Shown here one piece after another: positions 11,327 through 22,933 of a DNA stretch of 64,000 bases. Within the stretch, counting starts at the first letter, position 1. Every line of letters begins with the position of its first letter. The notes below the pieces were generated by a model. The model was not told where the DNA came from. It worked only from the letters and a program-made list of their open reading frames with translations, and did not search any database. The position numbers and the translations under genes were made by a program. The stretch comes from Sedimentisphaerales bacterium (lineage in GTDB: Bacteria > Planctomycetota > Phycisphaerae > Sedimentisphaerales > Anaerobacaceae), in the NCBI GenBank assembly GCA_963708075.1, contig OY970194.1, positions 6,144,001 through 6,208,000 of the forward strand, read 5' to 3'.

Positions 11327-12460
11327 ATGGGGAATCGCGAACCCGTGCAGAGCAGGGGGGTGTCCCGTGCAGGGGGCCTCATTACCCGGCGGCGGGTGGT
11401 TGCGGCGGCGTACCTCCTCACCTTGGTAGCAATAGGCCTGCTGTCTGTGTACCTGTTGCGGCTTGGGCCAAGCGCAAACTCATGGCTTGGAGCGATTGAC
11501 GCCGCCCACGCCGTGCCGGAGGAACAGAACGCTGCCAGGGACTATGCGCTGCTTGCCTCAAACGACACGGGAACCTTCCTCGACCCGCAACTTCTGGCGC
11601 AGAACGTCCGGACGGCGACGCTGGAAAAGCCCTGGCGAAGTGCCGATTTTCCCGAAGCCGCCACGTGGGTCCGGGAACGCCAGGCGATCATCGACACGCT
11701 GCTGCAGGCCGCCCGAAAGCCCAAGTGTTGGTTCCCGCTTGCCGATGGGTACAGGCGGAGTGGGGGACGATTCCATGTGGGCTACTACGGAACGCTTCTT
11801 CTGCTGCGGGCCGTCAATAATGATCTCGCCGAGGGACGCACGGAGGCGGGCATGGAGAAGCTGCTGTGCGTCCTTCAAATGGCGGAACACTTTCGCTCCC
11901 AGATGGATTTACGGGATCGCTACACCGGGATGTCCGTTGCATCGGAAGGGCTGAAGCGATTGAACAGACTGCTCGTCACCGAGGAGGTGCCGCAGGAGTG
12001 GCTGGCGAGGTTCGAAGCGGCCTTGCCGCCGGTAAGGGACGTGCGGGATAAGGAACTCCGGCAGTTGCAGGAGATCGAAGAGCTGCGCGTGCGCACATAC
12101 CTGCCTTTTCGCGAACGGCTCCTGCGCGTATTCACGGCCGGTTCGTCCGCCCGGTACATGCGGCAGACAACTGCCGCCCATCTCGCCGAGTTCCGGGCCG
12201 CACGAATTCTCCTGGCGCTTCGCCGTCACAAGGAGCGGACCGGCGCCTGGCCCGCGACACTTGCCGAGATCGAGGGACAAATCCCGCGTGAGGCGTTGAT
12301 CGATCCTCTCACCAGGAAACCGTTCATCTACCGCCCAACCGGGGACAGCCTGATCCTGTACAACGTCGGGCCGAACAGGATCGCTGAGGGCGGCGAGTCC
12401 GGCGACGATTACCGTTTCTGGCCGCCGTCGGGTCGTTGGGCCGGCAGTGTGAAGTACTAA
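11327..12460 (+). CDS. Membrane-anchored hypothetical protein with GspG/pseudopilin-like C-terminus (planctomycete type)
   Basis: One N-terminal TM helix; C-terminal LALRRHKERTGAWPATL...IDPLTRKPFIY...YNVGPN; GGGAG RBS before ATG 11327. Confidence 0.6.
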   Translation: MGNREPVQSRGVSRAGGLITRRRVVAAAYLLTLVAIGLLSVYLLRLGPSANSWLGAIDAAHAVPEEQNAARDYALLASNDTGTFLDPQLLAQNVRTATLEKPWRSADFPEAATWVRERQAIIDTLLQAARKPKCWFPLADGYRRSGGRFHVGYYGTLLLLRAVNNDLAEGRTEAGMEKLLCVLQMAEHFRSQMDLRDRYTGMSVASEGLKRLNRLLVTEEVPQEWLARFEAALPPVRDVRDKELRQLQEIEELRVRTYLPFRERLLRVFTAGSSARYMRQTTAAHLAEFRAARILLALRRHKERTGAWPATLAEIEGQIPREALIDPLTRKPFIYRPTGDSLILYNVGPNRIAEGGESGDDYRFWPPSGRWAGSVKY

Positions 12461-12467
12461 TGCATCA

Positions 12468-14601
12468 CTAATCAGCGGCAATCGTCGCGTCGGTGATCTC
12501 GAAGGCCCAGGCGTGCTCGCAGGGAGGGGACTTCCGGATGCTCTGCTGGATCGTGATGAACAGGCCGCTATCACCAACCTTCCATTCCACTGCGACCGCG
12601 GAGCCGAGCAGACGGACGGATTTGGCGCTTCGGACCGGCGGAATCTGGATTCGTTCCGGGGGCGCTGTCTGTCCTTCTTCGGCGAGGTAGATCGCATAGG
12701 CGGTATTTGCCTTATGGGTCAGGCACACCTGGCCGACCTTGTACGGTGGCACAGGGCGCGTGCCGTAAATCGCGTTGCCGTTGACCTGCATCCACTTGCC
12801 GATCTCCTTCATGCGCTGCACGGCGGGCTCAGGCAGCTCGCCGTTGGGGTCTGGGCCGACGTTGAGCAGGAAATTGCCGCCCTTGGCCACGATGTTGACG
12901 AGCAGGTGGATGAGCTGTCGCGTGGATTTGTAGTTGTCGTCGGGCTTGTACGACCACTGCGTGGCCATGGTCATGCAGGTCTCCCAGATATAGGGCTGGG
13001 CCTTCTCGGGCACCTCCTGCTCCGGCGTGACATAATTCTCGTACCGGCCGCCGACCGTGCGATCGACGACGATCAGGCCGGGCTGGTGACTCCTGGCCAT
13101 CGTGGCCAGCTTTGGCATGTTGATATCCTGTTGGGGCGGACGGACCTGGCCGCCGTCGAGCCACAGGATGTCCACCGGGCCGTAGTTCGTCATCAGCTCT
13201 TCGACGATGTTGTGCGTAAAACCGACGAAGGTAGCCCACTTCTCCGGGTACTTGCTCGTATCGTAGTTGACGTTGCGGTCAGGGTGCGGCCAGTCGGGCG
13301 ACCAGTAGCCCGGATGGTGCCAGTCGGATTTGGAGTAGTACGCGCCGATGCCGAACCCTTCCGCGCGGAACGTGTCAAAGACGGCCTTGACCACGTCGGC
13401 CTTCGGATTCGTGTGGAACGGGCAGGATGGATCGGTCGTGCGATAGTCCGTCTGCTTCGTGTCGAACATGCAGAAGCCGTCGTGGTGCTTCGTCGTGAAG
13501 ACGACATACTTCATGCCGGCCTCTTTCGCGGCGGTCACCCATTTGCCTGGGTCAAAACGCTGCGGGTTGAAGGTCGTGTTGAGGGCCACATAATCGCGGA
13601 AGAACCATTTGAAGTCCTTGTCCCTTTCGGTCCAGGCCTTGAGGTCGTCCGGCCGGGCCCACTTGTCCGCCTCCACCAGCGGCCACGACTCGATGCAACC
13701 CCACTGGCTGTAGATGCCCCAGTGCATCATGAACCCGAACTTCCAGTCCTGGAAACGATCAAGCTTGTCCAGCACGAGCGGATCGGTTCTCCTGGTCCTG
13801 CGGCGATTGCTTGTCGCGCGGAGGGTAGGAGAGGTAGCTCGCGAGGATGCGGCCGAGGATCTGCTCGCCTCGCTCGTTGGCGTGCACGGGGTCGCGCTTG
13901 AACCAGTCGAGGTCTTTTCCGCATTGCCGGATGTACTGGCCCCAGGCAGCCTCAATGTCGAGGAACGCCGCACCCATTTCCTGGGCCAGATCCTCCAGGC
14001 CCTTGCGATATTCCGTATATTGGTTCGGATCGCTGATCGTCTGCCACGACCGCTCGTTGCGTGGATCGGTCTGCCCGAAAGCGCCCGTCATGAGCAGGAT
14101 GTCGGCCTGCGTGGTGCCACGGATCTGCCGGATCACTTCACGGATGGAGCTGATATCGTTCCGATGGCTAATGCCGCCGATGATGACCAGGTCGGGCCTG
14201 TGGTCGAGCACGTACTCCTTCACCCGGCCGGGCTCCTTGTACCACCAGCAGCCGGTGGACCCGCGCACGGAGGCGACCTTCTCGATCCAGCAGGTGGGAT
14301 GGCGTCGCTCCACCAGGAGATTCCAGCACGAGCGGCTGGTGTCATTGACAATGCTGTCGCCAAGCATGACGACGCGAAGTGTCCCGCCGCCGAGCAACCG
14401 CTCTTTCGTTCTGGGCAGGCGCTCCCAGCGGTCCGTGGGCGGCGTGTACTGCACCGGGGGCATCTCCGCATACGTCTTTTGAATCTCCTCCAGGGTCCGC
14501 TCGTTGCCGCGAATGATGTATGCGTCGCCGGCCGCCGCGACGAGCGATGTCAGGAAAAGGGTAAACGTCACTGCCAATGAAGCACACGATGTCGGAGTCA
14601 C
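12468..14601 (-). CDS. Probable SGNH/GDSL hydrolase - GH29 alpha-L-fucosidase fusion (one frameshift at about 13788)
   Basis: N-terminal part has GDSI and DPVH.N SGNH blocks. C-terminal part has KFGFMMHWG, TTKHHDGF, ILWLDGG and GGNFLLNVGP GH29 motifs. The GH29 frame lacks a convincing start, and removing one A gives QDQETDPLVLDKL. Confidence 0.75.
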
Positions 14602-14780
14602 TTGTTCTCTCCTGCTGACTTGCGATGCAAAGACCGTTCGTACCGATAAAACCCCGCAATATCCATCATCATATGTGCTGACCGGCAAACACGCAATTGC
14701 GATGTTGCCGCCTGTGCGTACAATCAGGCAGGGATGCAGTATCTTGTGTCTCCATCAGGCGCGTTGCTGGGGGGTAGCAT

Positions 14781-15963
14781 ATGAACAGGGCCACGTCTAT
14801 TGGCGTTCTTGTCGTGTGTGTTTGCGCATTGCCGGCGTCGTGCCAGGATCGTCAGGCCGATCGTGCCGTCGATCCGGCGATCCAGGTGCGGGAGGGCTTC
14901 CGATTGAGCATGGCCATGGCGGACATCGAGAGGGCCCGGTTCATGGCGTTCGGCCCGGATGGCACGTTGTTCATCTCTCTGCCCGACGCCGGGCAGATCA
15001 AGGCGTGCCGGGATGAAAACGGCGACGGGTTCTATGAGAAGATGGCGATATTCGTGAAGGACCATCGGACCGTTCAGGGGTTGTTCTGGCACGACGGTTG
15101 GCTGTGGTTCTCGGAGAGCGGTGCCATTTTCAAGGCCCGCGACACAAATGGCGATGGCGTCGCGGACGAACAGCAAGCGGTGATCCCGGAGGGCCAACTC
15201 CCGAAGGGCGGGCACTGGTGGCGCTCGATCCTCATTCACAACGGCCGGCTGTACACCAGTATCGGCGACAGCGGCAATATCACCGACGAAACCGGCACCG
15301 ACAGACAGAAGATCTGGACGTACAGCCTCGACGGCAAGGATAAGAAGCTGTTCATCTCCGGCATCCGCAACACGGAGAAACTCGTGGTCCGGCCGGGCAC
15401 GGACGAGATCTGGGGCATGGACCACGGCAGCGACTGGTTCGGCCGTGAGATCGAGGGCGAGAACAACCCGCACGGCCAGCCCATCACCGACCTGAACCCG
15501 CCGGACGAGATGAACCTTTACATCGAAGGCGGCTTCTACGGTCATCCTTTCGTCGTCGGCAACAAGGTCCCCCGCTACGAGTACATGAAGCGGCCCGACA
15601 TCGTCGAACTGGCCGCAGGAACCATTCCGCCCGCCTGGTCCACCGGCGCCCACTGGGCTCCCAACGCCATGACGTTCTACACGGGCAAGCAGTTCCCGGA
15701 GGAATATCGCGGCGACGCGCTTCGTTGCCTACCACGGCTCATGGAACCGTCAGCGACGCGCGGGCTATTGCGTCACGCGCGTCCTGTTCGACCAGGGCCG
15801 ACCCTACGGCGAGTTGACCTATGTGAACTTCCTGACGAGCCAGGGGAAGGTCCTCGGCCGGCCGGTGGACGTCGTCGTCGCTCCCGACGGCTCGCTGTTG
15901 ATCAGCGACGACGAAAGGGGACGTATCTACCGCCTGAGCTACACGGGGAAACGGACGCCATAG
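14781..15963 (+). CDS. PQQ-dependent sugar/sorbosone dehydrogenase family protein (one frameshift at about 15720)
   Basis: RFMAFGPDG, GGHWWR, GIRN, PPDEMN and YGHP motifs. After the shift the frame reads FVAYHGSWNR...GRPVDVVVAPDGSLLISDD...IYRL to TAG 15963. Confidence 0.85.
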
Positions 15964-16086
15964 GAAAAGGCCGCAGCCACGGGGGCATTGTACTTTTTCC
16001 CAACCTGCTCACCGCGGCTGTGATTAAGACAGAATACGCCCGGACTACAGGTTCCGAAGAGCTGTTCCTGACCGCTACCCTGTTTG

Positions 16087-16815
16087 TCACAGGACTTGGA
16101 CGACGGCGAAGATGAGGAGGAAACCGGCGAGAGTGGACAGGAGCGAGACCAGGGGTGGATTCTTCTCGTGGGCCTCCGGCAGCAGGTCGCTGGCGCCAAG
16201 GTAGAGGAAGCCGCCGGCGAAGAAGGGCAGCAGGTACACGAGATACCACTGTGGAGGGGCGACGAACAGGGTGGTGGTTGCGCCGAGCACCGGCGCGACG
16301 GCGTCGACGATCAGCATCCGCAGGGAGGAGCGCAGGGAGTTGCCGGCATCGAGCATCACCGTCACGGTGTTCATCCCGTCGGAGAAATCGTGCGTGATGA
16401 CGGCCAGGGCGACGAGCAGCCCGGCCTGCACGTCCACCTGGAAACCTAAGCCGATGGCGAAGCCGTCCATGAAGCTGTGGATGGACAACTCCGATGCGCC
16501 GTACCAGCCCGCCTGTGGATGGCGGACATTGCGGCACTGGCCGCCCTCGCAGATCCGGTGCACCGAGATGTAGCGGTCCAGGGTGAGGAGGAACACGAAT
16601 CCCGCCGCCACGACGTACATGACGTGCCGGGGCGGGATATCCGCCTGTATGCCGAGCGTCAACGCCTCGGGCAGCAGGTCGAATAGAGGTACGGCAATCA
16701 GTACGCCTGCCACGAATGCCGCGAGAGCGCCAAACCGGCTCCGCAGTTTTGCCGCCGCCAAGCCGCCTGTCATCGTAGACACAAACGCCACAGCGCTGAA
16801 AATGACCGCATCCAT
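16087..16815 (-). CDS. ZIP family metal transporter
   Basis: Multi-TM protein with HSFMDG, HDFSDG and GGFLYLGASDLLPE motifs. Confidence 0.9.
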   Translation of the reverse strand: MDAVIFSAVAFVSTMTGGLAAAKLRSRFGALAAFVAGVLIAVPLFDLLPEALTLGIQADIPPRHVMYVVAAGFVFLLTLDRYISVHRICEGGQCRNVRHPQAGWYGASELSIHSFMDGFAIGLGFQVDVQAGLLVALAVITHDFSDGMNTVTVMLDAGNSLRSSLRMLIVDAVAPVLGATTTLFVAPPQWYLVYLLPFFAGGFLYLGASDLLPEAHEKNPPLVSLLSTLAGFLLIFAVVQVL

Positions 16816-16843
16816 ACTCTACCCCATCCATACCCGTGCAACT

Positions 16844-16873
16844 GTACGGGCGGGCTTGAAACCCGCCCCCTAC
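16844..16873. repeat. GTAG-type REP hairpin
   Basis: GTACGGGCGGGCTTGAAACCCGCCCCCTAC. Confidence 0.75.
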
Positions 16874-16875
16874 CA

Positions 16876-18996
16876 CTATTCCGTCCGCACCGCCTGGGGA
16901 CGGGGGCCGATCTTATCGAACGGGATCGGATCGAAGCCCAGTTTGAACGCGGGGGAATCGGCCTTGAGGCGGAAGTTGCCATTGGCGGCATCGACAAAGA
17001 GCGGGTCGGTGTCCGTCAGGTTGTCGCGGCTCTCGGCCATCTCGGGCTTGGCGCCCCAGGTGATATTCAGGAGCTTGCTGCCGACGCAGATGTTGCGGGC
17101 GACGAGGACATTGCCGGGCGGCACGCCGTCATCTTTGGCGTAGTATGGTTCCAGAGCCGCCAGCTCCGGGTATCGAGTGCTGTAGGGCGGCTGCTTCCAG
17201 TTCATTTCTTCCAGCCGCTGCTTCATTGTTTTGTAGACCATATCGTGCCAGACGGGGGCGGTGCTCAGGCCTCGACCGTCCAGCTCGACCGCCGGGTCAC
17301 AATCGACGAAGATATTGTTTTCGACGCGGAAGTCCCTTCCGCCGCCGAGGAAGACGGCCCGGTGCAGCTTCCACAGCACGTTGCCGTAGATGAGCGTGCC
17401 GCTGACGCAATCGTCCATGTAGATGCCCATGGAGCCCATGCCGACGCCGCCGGTGTGGTGAATGAAGTTGTGGCGGATGATATTGCCGCGATAGGTGTAG
17501 TCCCGGCCGGTGTAGATCGCGCCCACATCGCCTGTTTCGAGACAGACGTGGTGAATCTCGTTGCGCTCGATCACGTGCTCATTGCCGTTGAAGAGGATCG
17601 CGCAGTGCGGATGGTCGTGAATCAGATTGTTGGAGGCGCGAACGCCGACGCCGGCGATCAGGATGGCCGGGGCGTAGCAGCGCGACCACCGTGCGATGTG
17701 ATGAATGTGATTGTTCTCTACGATGTGCCCGGCAGCGGCCAGGCTCTTGCGGTCGCCGCCGCTGACGGAGACGCCGCCGTCGCCGGTTTCGTAGATGGTG
17801 CAGCCATCGACGACGTGATTTGTGCCTTCATCGATGACGACGCCATAGTTGCCGAGATCGCCGAGGGTGCAGCCCACGACGCGGTCATTGTCTCCGCCGG
17901 CGATTCGAACGCCGGTTCCCCGGGCGCATTCGATAGTCAGGCCCTGGATGGTGACGTGCGAGGCGCCGTTGACATGGATCATGGGACTCTCGACGATGGA
18001 GACCATAGCCCGGCCCTGCTCGATTGCCTGCGGGGGCCAGAAGTAGAGGATGCCGGAAGCACGGTCCAGGTACCACTCGCCCGGCTCGTCCAATTCCTCG
18101 AGGATATTGAGAAAGAAGAATCGTCCGCCGTGGCCGCCGGCGCGGAAGCCGTAGTGGCCGTAGGGCGGACTCGTCTTGATCAGCCGCTTGTCCAGGTCGA
18201 TGGAGGCGATGTGCTCATAGGAGTTCGCCCAGTCGTAGGCCCAGTAGCCGTGAATCCAGATGTCGCTGGTGTCACGCCACCGCGAGGGTCGGTCGCCCTC
18301 GTAGCTGAACCCGCCCTCCAGTTTGCCGAGCTTGCCCCCGTGCTCATCTCCGACGCCGTCCGGGTAGCCAACGATCTTCGTAAAGTCGGCGTTTGGCCAG
18401 CGGGCCAGAGTCATCGGCTTGCCTGCGAAGAACAGCTCCAGTCCGGCCGGTGTCACCGGGCGTCCGAAACCCCGGCTGCTCAACCGGCCGAAGTTCGTGA
18501 CCCCGAGGGCCTTCAAGTCCGCCTGCAGGATGTTGCCGTTGGCGGCCGGGTCGAGCCTGTTCAGAATGGCAGGGTTTTCGACCTTACGCCACATCCTGAT
18601 TTCCCGCCCCCCAATCAGCCGCACATTCTTCGTCTCCGACGCCCGATACACGACCGGCGATTCCGCCGTCCCCGAGTCCTCCGCCGTCAGTTCAAAGCTC
18701 TGCTCAAGGCAGTAGTCCCCCGGGCGAATCCACACGATAATACCGCCGACCGGCAAGCCTGCGGCCTTCTTCATCTCGCGGATCGCCTGCCGAGCCGCCC
18801 CGAGCGTAGCAAAGGGACCATCCGTCCGCCCCTCATTCAGCGAGTCCAACCTACCCGACCAGGAGTCATTTCCCTGCGGCGAAACATACAGGCTGACCGG
18901 TTCCGCCGGCGCGCGGCTGGTGTGCAGAAAGGTCAGAGCAAACAATGCCGCCACCAGCATCTTCATGCGCCGGACGTGCTTTGCGATCATCGCCAT
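16876..18996 (-). CDS. Secreted right-handed beta-helix protein, GH141-like
   Basis: Signal peptide; YVSPQGNDSWSG, GPFATL, LARWPN, ELDEPGEWY, DVGAIY and GIYMDD motifs; GAAGGGG RBS before ATG 18996. Confidence 0.75.
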   Translation of the reverse strand: MAMIAKHVRRMKMLVAALFALTFLHTSRAPAEPVSLYVSPQGNDSWSGRLDSLNEGRTDGPFATLGAARQAIREMKKAAGLPVGGIIVWIRPGDYCLEQSFELTAEDSGTAESPVVYRASETKNVRLIGGREIRMWRKVENPAILNRLDPAANGNILQADLKALGVTNFGRLSSRGFGRPVTPAGLELFFAGKPMTLARWPNADFTKIVGYPDGVGDEHGGKLGKLEGGFSYEGDRPSRWRDTSDIWIHGYWAYDWANSYEHIASIDLDKRLIKTSPPYGHYGFRAGGHGGRFFFLNILEELDEPGEWYLDRASGILYFWPPQAIEQGRAMVSIVESPMIHVNGASHVTIQGLTIECARGTGVRIAGGDNDRVVGCTLGDLGNYGVVIDEGTNHVVDGCTIYETGDGGVSVSGGDRKSLAAAGHIVENNHIHHIARWSRCYAPAILIAGVGVRASNNLIHDHPHCAILFNGNEHVIERNEIHHVCLETGDVGAIYTGRDYTYRGNIIRHNFIHHTGGVGMGSMGIYMDDCVSGTLIYGNVLWKLHRAVFLGGGRDFRVENNIFVDCDPAVELDGRGLSTAPVWHDMVYKTMKQRLEEMNWKQPPYSTRYPELAALEPYYAKDDGVPPGNVLVARNICVGSKLLNITWGAKPEMAESRDNLTDTDPLFVDAANGNFRLKADSPAFKLGFDPIPFDKIGPRPQAVRTE

Positions 18997-19030
18997 ATTC
19001 CCCTTCCGTTCAAAATGAGATGCTGCTCCA

Positions 19031-20464
19031 CTACGTGTTTGCCGCCTGGCCTTTGGCCGGGTTGCCGCAGCACTTCTTGTACTTCTTGCCACTGCCGCAC
19101 GGGCAGGGCTCGTCACGGCCGATCTTCGGGGTGTGCTCCACGATGGGTGTCGTGGGGGTGAATGGGGACTCGTCCTCCTGATCGGGAGCCTCTTGCTCAA
19201 GAGATTCGAGGGATTGCAGGGCCTGCTTGTGCCAAAAACGCTGCAGGGCATCCGCATTCGTAATATCCACGCCGGCTTGTTCCGCCTTCATCGCCGTTCG
19301 TTTGGCCGGTCCCCAGTTGTCGGGATCCATGGCTGTAGCGACAATCTCCTCGGACCAGCCGTGCACCGCTTGTGCAAGGGCCGACGCATCTGCCAGTGCC
19401 CCTTCGGATCCCATCCACTCCAGAAACGCCTCGACTATCGGCGCGACCTTGGCGAAGAAACCCCGCTCTCCAGTGATTTTGCGTGGGAACATGTCCAAGA
19501 GCACGCTGTGCAGTACCTGTTCATCCAACTCATCCGGATCAACTCCCTCATACGTATCGGCGTATTCGAGGAGCCGGCTTGTGATAAATCCCGCTTCGTC
19601 GAAGAGACCTTCCGGCAGGTCTGTGGCCCACGCCGATTTCATAAACCGTCTGACCAGATTGCGAGGCTCCGTCGAATCGAAATTCGCCTCTTCGGCATCG
19701 CGCTCGGCGAACCAGTCCCTCATCATTTCCCAATGGTAATCGAGCCATTCGTGCACCGGTTCCTCCCACGACTCCGGCCACTCATCCCGGTCTGCTGAGC
19801 CGTTCAGCAGTTCCACCGCCTGCTCATAGTCCGCACGGGCGCCAAATGGGTCACTTTTTCTGCTCAGCCGCTTCAGCAACTCCGTGTACTCCGTGCGTCC
19901 GAGCAAACCGAGCGTGTGGGCCGCCTCCATTCCTTCGTCCACCTCGACTTCCCCGCGGTCGGCTCGCTCCAGCAGCCCGACACACGCTTGGACGGCCTGC
20001 TCGCGAAGGCCGGCATCATCCGTCTCGGCCGCCAGAGCAGTCAGATTCCACAGATGAATCCATGCGCCCCAAGGATCCGGCTCTGCGGCTATCATATCGA
20101 GAACGGTCGGCACGATGATTGGGCCCATCGACCCGCTCGCGGCGGCCAGGACTTCCATCATCGGATCGTCATCATCCCTGCCGGCCTCGGCAAGCTTCTT
20201 GACCAGGGATTCGCCGATTCTCCGACGCCGGTCCTCGTCGAGCTTCGGCGCGGCCAGAGCGAAGATCGCCGGCACGTACAAATCGGCGTAGCAGGTCTTG
20301 CCTCGCGAGGTTTCGCGTGCCTGCTCATATGTCTTGAAAAGCTCTTCCGGCAAGTCGGGCTCCGTGGCTACGGCGTCGGCAAAGGTCTCCAGCGCAGACC
20401 ACGGGATTTCTCCCTGTGTGTGCCACAACTCCGCCCACGGCAATTGCGAGAATCTGTCGTCCAC
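19031..20464 (-). CDS. SEC-C motif protein with acidic helical (DUF1186/HEAT-like) N-terminus
   Basis: C-terminal [28 protein letters not shown] before the GTG start. Confidence 0.8.
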   Translation of the reverse strand: MDDRFSQLPWAELWHTQGEIPWSALETFADAVATEPDLPEELFKTYEQARETSRGKTCYADLYVPAIFALAAPKLDEDRRRRIGESLVKKLAEAGRDDDDPMMEVLAAASGSMGPIIVPTVLDMIAAEPDPWGAWIHLWNLTALAAETDDAGLREQAVQACVGLLERADRGEVEVDEGMEAAHTLGLLGRTEYTELLKRLSRKSDPFGARADYEQAVELLNGSADRDEWPESWEEPVHEWLDYHWEMMRDWFAERDAEEANFDSTEPRNLVRRFMKSAWATDLPEGLFDEAGFITSRLLEYADTYEGVDPDELDEQVLHSVLLDMFPRKITGERGFFAKVAPIVEAFLEWMGSEGALADASALAQAVHGWSEEIVATAMDPDNWGPAKRTAMKAEQAGVDITNADALQRFWHKQALQSLESLEQEAPDQEDESPFTPTTPIVEHTPKIGRDEPCPCGSGKKYKKCCGNPAKGQAANT

Positions 20465-20639
20465 GAACCCACTCCTTTCCAGTATCTCACCTCAATGGCG
20501 CGTACGAACTGGGCCGCAGGACTGTTCGGCAGGACTGCGGCATGGCTATCTTACCTGTTTCTCTCCCTGTGGCAAACAGCCGACTTTCCTGTATGATAAG
20601 CGTTTTGCATGGACTGTATGGATCTACTGCCCAAGGGGT

Positions 20640-21371
20640 ATGCTGATGCATTTGAAGAGTGTGACATTTCGTCCGGACCAGTATCCGACGCGGGAGCATT
20701 ATCCGTTTACGCTTGATGTCCTCTGCCGCACGAGCGGGCTTGCCTTCAATACGCCCGTGACACTGTTCGTCGGCGAGAACGGGACGGGCAAATCGACCCT
20801 GCTTCAGGCTCTGGCCCTGAAGGCGGGCATCTACATCTGGCAGGAGCGGAGCAGGACGCGGTTCGACGTCAACCCCTACGAGGAAACGCTGCATCGCTAC
20901 ATTTCCGTAGAGTGGACCGACGGCACTGTGCCGGGCTCGTTTTTCGGCTCGTCCGTCTTCCAGGATTTCGCTCGTATCCTCGACGAATGGGCCTCGACGG
21001 ACCCCGGCCTGCTCGACTACTTCGGCGGCAAGTCCCTCCTGACCCAGTCTCATGGCCAGTCGATCATGTCCTTCTTCAGGGCCCGCTACGCCATCAAGGG
21101 CCTCTACCTGCTCGATGAGCCGGAGACCTCGCTATCCCCCAAGAGCCAGATTGCCTTGCTCGATCTGTTGGCGAAGATGACCGCCGCCGGTCACGCGCAG
21201 TTCATCATCGCCACGCACTCGCCCATCCTCTTGTCCTGCCCCGGCGCCACGATCTACAGCTTCGACCAAGCCCTCATCGCCCCGATTGCCTACGAACAAA
21301 CCGACCACTACAGGCTCTACAAGGCCTTTATGGCTGATCCTTATGGTCATAAGCCGCTCCAGGCTTCGTGA
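20640..21371 (+). CDS. ABC-type AAA ATPase (AAA_21-like)
   Basis: Walker A VGENGTGKST, signature QSHGQS, Walker B LYLLDEPE, and IIATHSP. Confidence 0.9.
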   Translation: MLMHLKSVTFRPDQYPTREHYPFTLDVLCRTSGLAFNTPVTLFVGENGTGKSTLLQALALKAGIYIWQERSRTRFDVNPYEETLHRYISVEWTDGTVPGSFFGSSVFQDFARILDEWASTDPGLLDYFGGKSLLTQSHGQSIMSFFRARYAIKGLYLLDEPETSLSPKSQIALLDLLAKMTAAGHAQFIIATHSPILLSCPGATIYSFDQALIAPIAYEQTDHYRLYKAFMADPYGHKPLQAS

Positions 21372-21398
21372 CCGACACGTTGTCTGCTCCGCACAGAG

Positions 21399-22310
21399 CT
21401 ACTTGGGTTTGGCCAGTTCTGCGGCGATGAGGTCGATCTCCGCGTCGGTGATTTTGGATCTTGTGGTCTTGAGCATGTGGACGAAGTGGGGGATTTCGTT
21501 TTTGGGCTCGACGGGAAAGCCGATGTTGCCGAAACCAGGTTTGGTCGAGGTGATGAGAATCCGGCCGTCCCGGTCCAGGAACGCAAACCAGGGAAAGCAG
21601 CCCTCTTCCGTGGGCTTTCGAACTCTCTGCATCACATCCGTCGCCCTTTTCATTCGCTGCAGGTCGATCTTGACGACGACGTAATCCTTCCTCAGGATCG
21701 TCTCGATCCGGGGTTTGGCGAGAAACGCATCCATGCGCTGGGACCAGCCATTCGAGGGGGCGCCGATTCTAATGAAGACTCGCTTGTCGTCCCTCTTCGC
21801 CTGGGCAAGGGCCGAGGCGAACACGTCGTTTGCGTCCAATGGAGCGGCTTTCCACTTCTCCAGGAATGCCTTCACCTTTGCCGGATCGTGTTTGTCCCCT
21901 ATCTCCAATGAACCGGTTTCCTGCTCGGTCACTTTCTTGCCCGCCGAGTCGAGCACGGTCAGGTATGGATAGGCATTCGCCTTGATCTGCCACTTCTCGA
22001 TCGTGGGTTTGTCGGCCCGACTGTCGACCATCACCAATTCGTGTTCATCACGAAGCAACGTCTGGATTGCCTTATCCTTTTGAAAGAGGTCGTGAAGCTT
22101 ATCGCACCACCCGCACCAGTTGCCGCCAATCTTCAGGAGGACACGCTTGTTCTCCCGCTTGGCCGCAACCAGAGCCTGCTCGACTCGCTCCATGCCTTTG
22201 CCATCCTCCTGGTAGATCGGCTCGCGCTTTGGTTTCGCCTGCTCGCCGGCGGCAAAGGCCGGGATACACAGGAGCAACGCACCGAGGGATATCATTACGC
22301 TCCGATACAT
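21399..22310 (-). CDS. Secreted tandem thioredoxin-fold protein
   Basis: Signal peptide; domain 1 GGNWCGWC; domain 2 GAPSNGWS, lacking the cysteines. Confidence 0.85.
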   Translation of the reverse strand: MYRSVMISLGALLLCIPAFAAGEQAKPKREPIYQEDGKGMERVEQALVAAKRENKRVLLKIGGNWCGWCDKLHDLFQKDKAIQTLLRDEHELVMVDSRADKPTIEKWQIKANAYPYLTVLDSAGKKVTEQETGSLEIGDKHDPAKVKAFLEKWKAAPLDANDVFASALAQAKRDDKRVFIRIGAPSNGWSQRMDAFLAKPRIETILRKDYVVVKIDLQRMKRATDVMQRVRKPTEEGCFPWFAFLDRDGRILITSTKPGFGNIGFPVEPKNEIPHFVHMLKTTRSKITDAEIDLIAAELAKPK

Positions 22311-22865
22311 AGGTTCTCTCCTATTCCTCGTGTCTCCGGCATTTCCACGTCTCTTCGCTGGTGCTTTCGAGAATACCCCGGCGCGAGTGGCGAGTCAATT
22401 GCAATAGCAGAGCAATCGGGCCCTGGTCCTGTGGGCGTCTGTCTTTCCTATAGTGTATCTGTTCACAGCGAGAATGTCCTCGTGTAGCTTCGTCGCCCTG
22501 GGTTTCCTGCTACGGTTCTTTGAGGCAAAGGAGAGTCTCTTCGTCAAACGGAGATTTCGGCCGGAGAAACCACCGGCAACAGAATTGCCGACGGAGAAGT
22601 GACGCGTCTTCTTAGAATTCATCTCTGAGCCCGGCCATCCACTGGGGCCAGACCGGCTCAGGGGCCTTGATGTCAAATGAGCGGCGCCACTTGAGTTTCC
22701 AAAGCTGCGTGAGCGCGACTTTCCGGACGGACCGGTCGGCGAAGACACAGTACCGGGCTCCGCCGTGACGGTTGACGCACAAACGCTGCATCTCGTGCTG
22801 ATTGACCGCCATCAGGATGGACATCAGCGGGGCGATCACGCACCGGCGCCCGTGCGCTGAGCCGA

Positions 22866-22911
22866 AGCAGCCGGACCTCTCCGCCGACGCGGGCAGAAAG
22901 GTCCGGCTGCT
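22866..22911 (-). terminator. Hairpin downstream of the PHP hydrolase gene (putative terminator)
   Basis: AGCAGCCGGACCT...AGGTCCGGCTGCT stem; only a weak U tail. Confidence 0.5.
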
Positions 22912-22933
22912 GACTTGAATTGACCAATCATCG

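Noticed and set aside
20640..21371. AAA_21 ATPase as part of a defence system
   Set aside because: No adjacent nuclease or TOPRIM partner; it resembles the common stand-alone form.
22395..22927. Short ORFs in the gap between the thioredoxin and PHP genes
   Set aside because: No recognisable motifs, RBS or consistent coding signal; only isolated hairpins.
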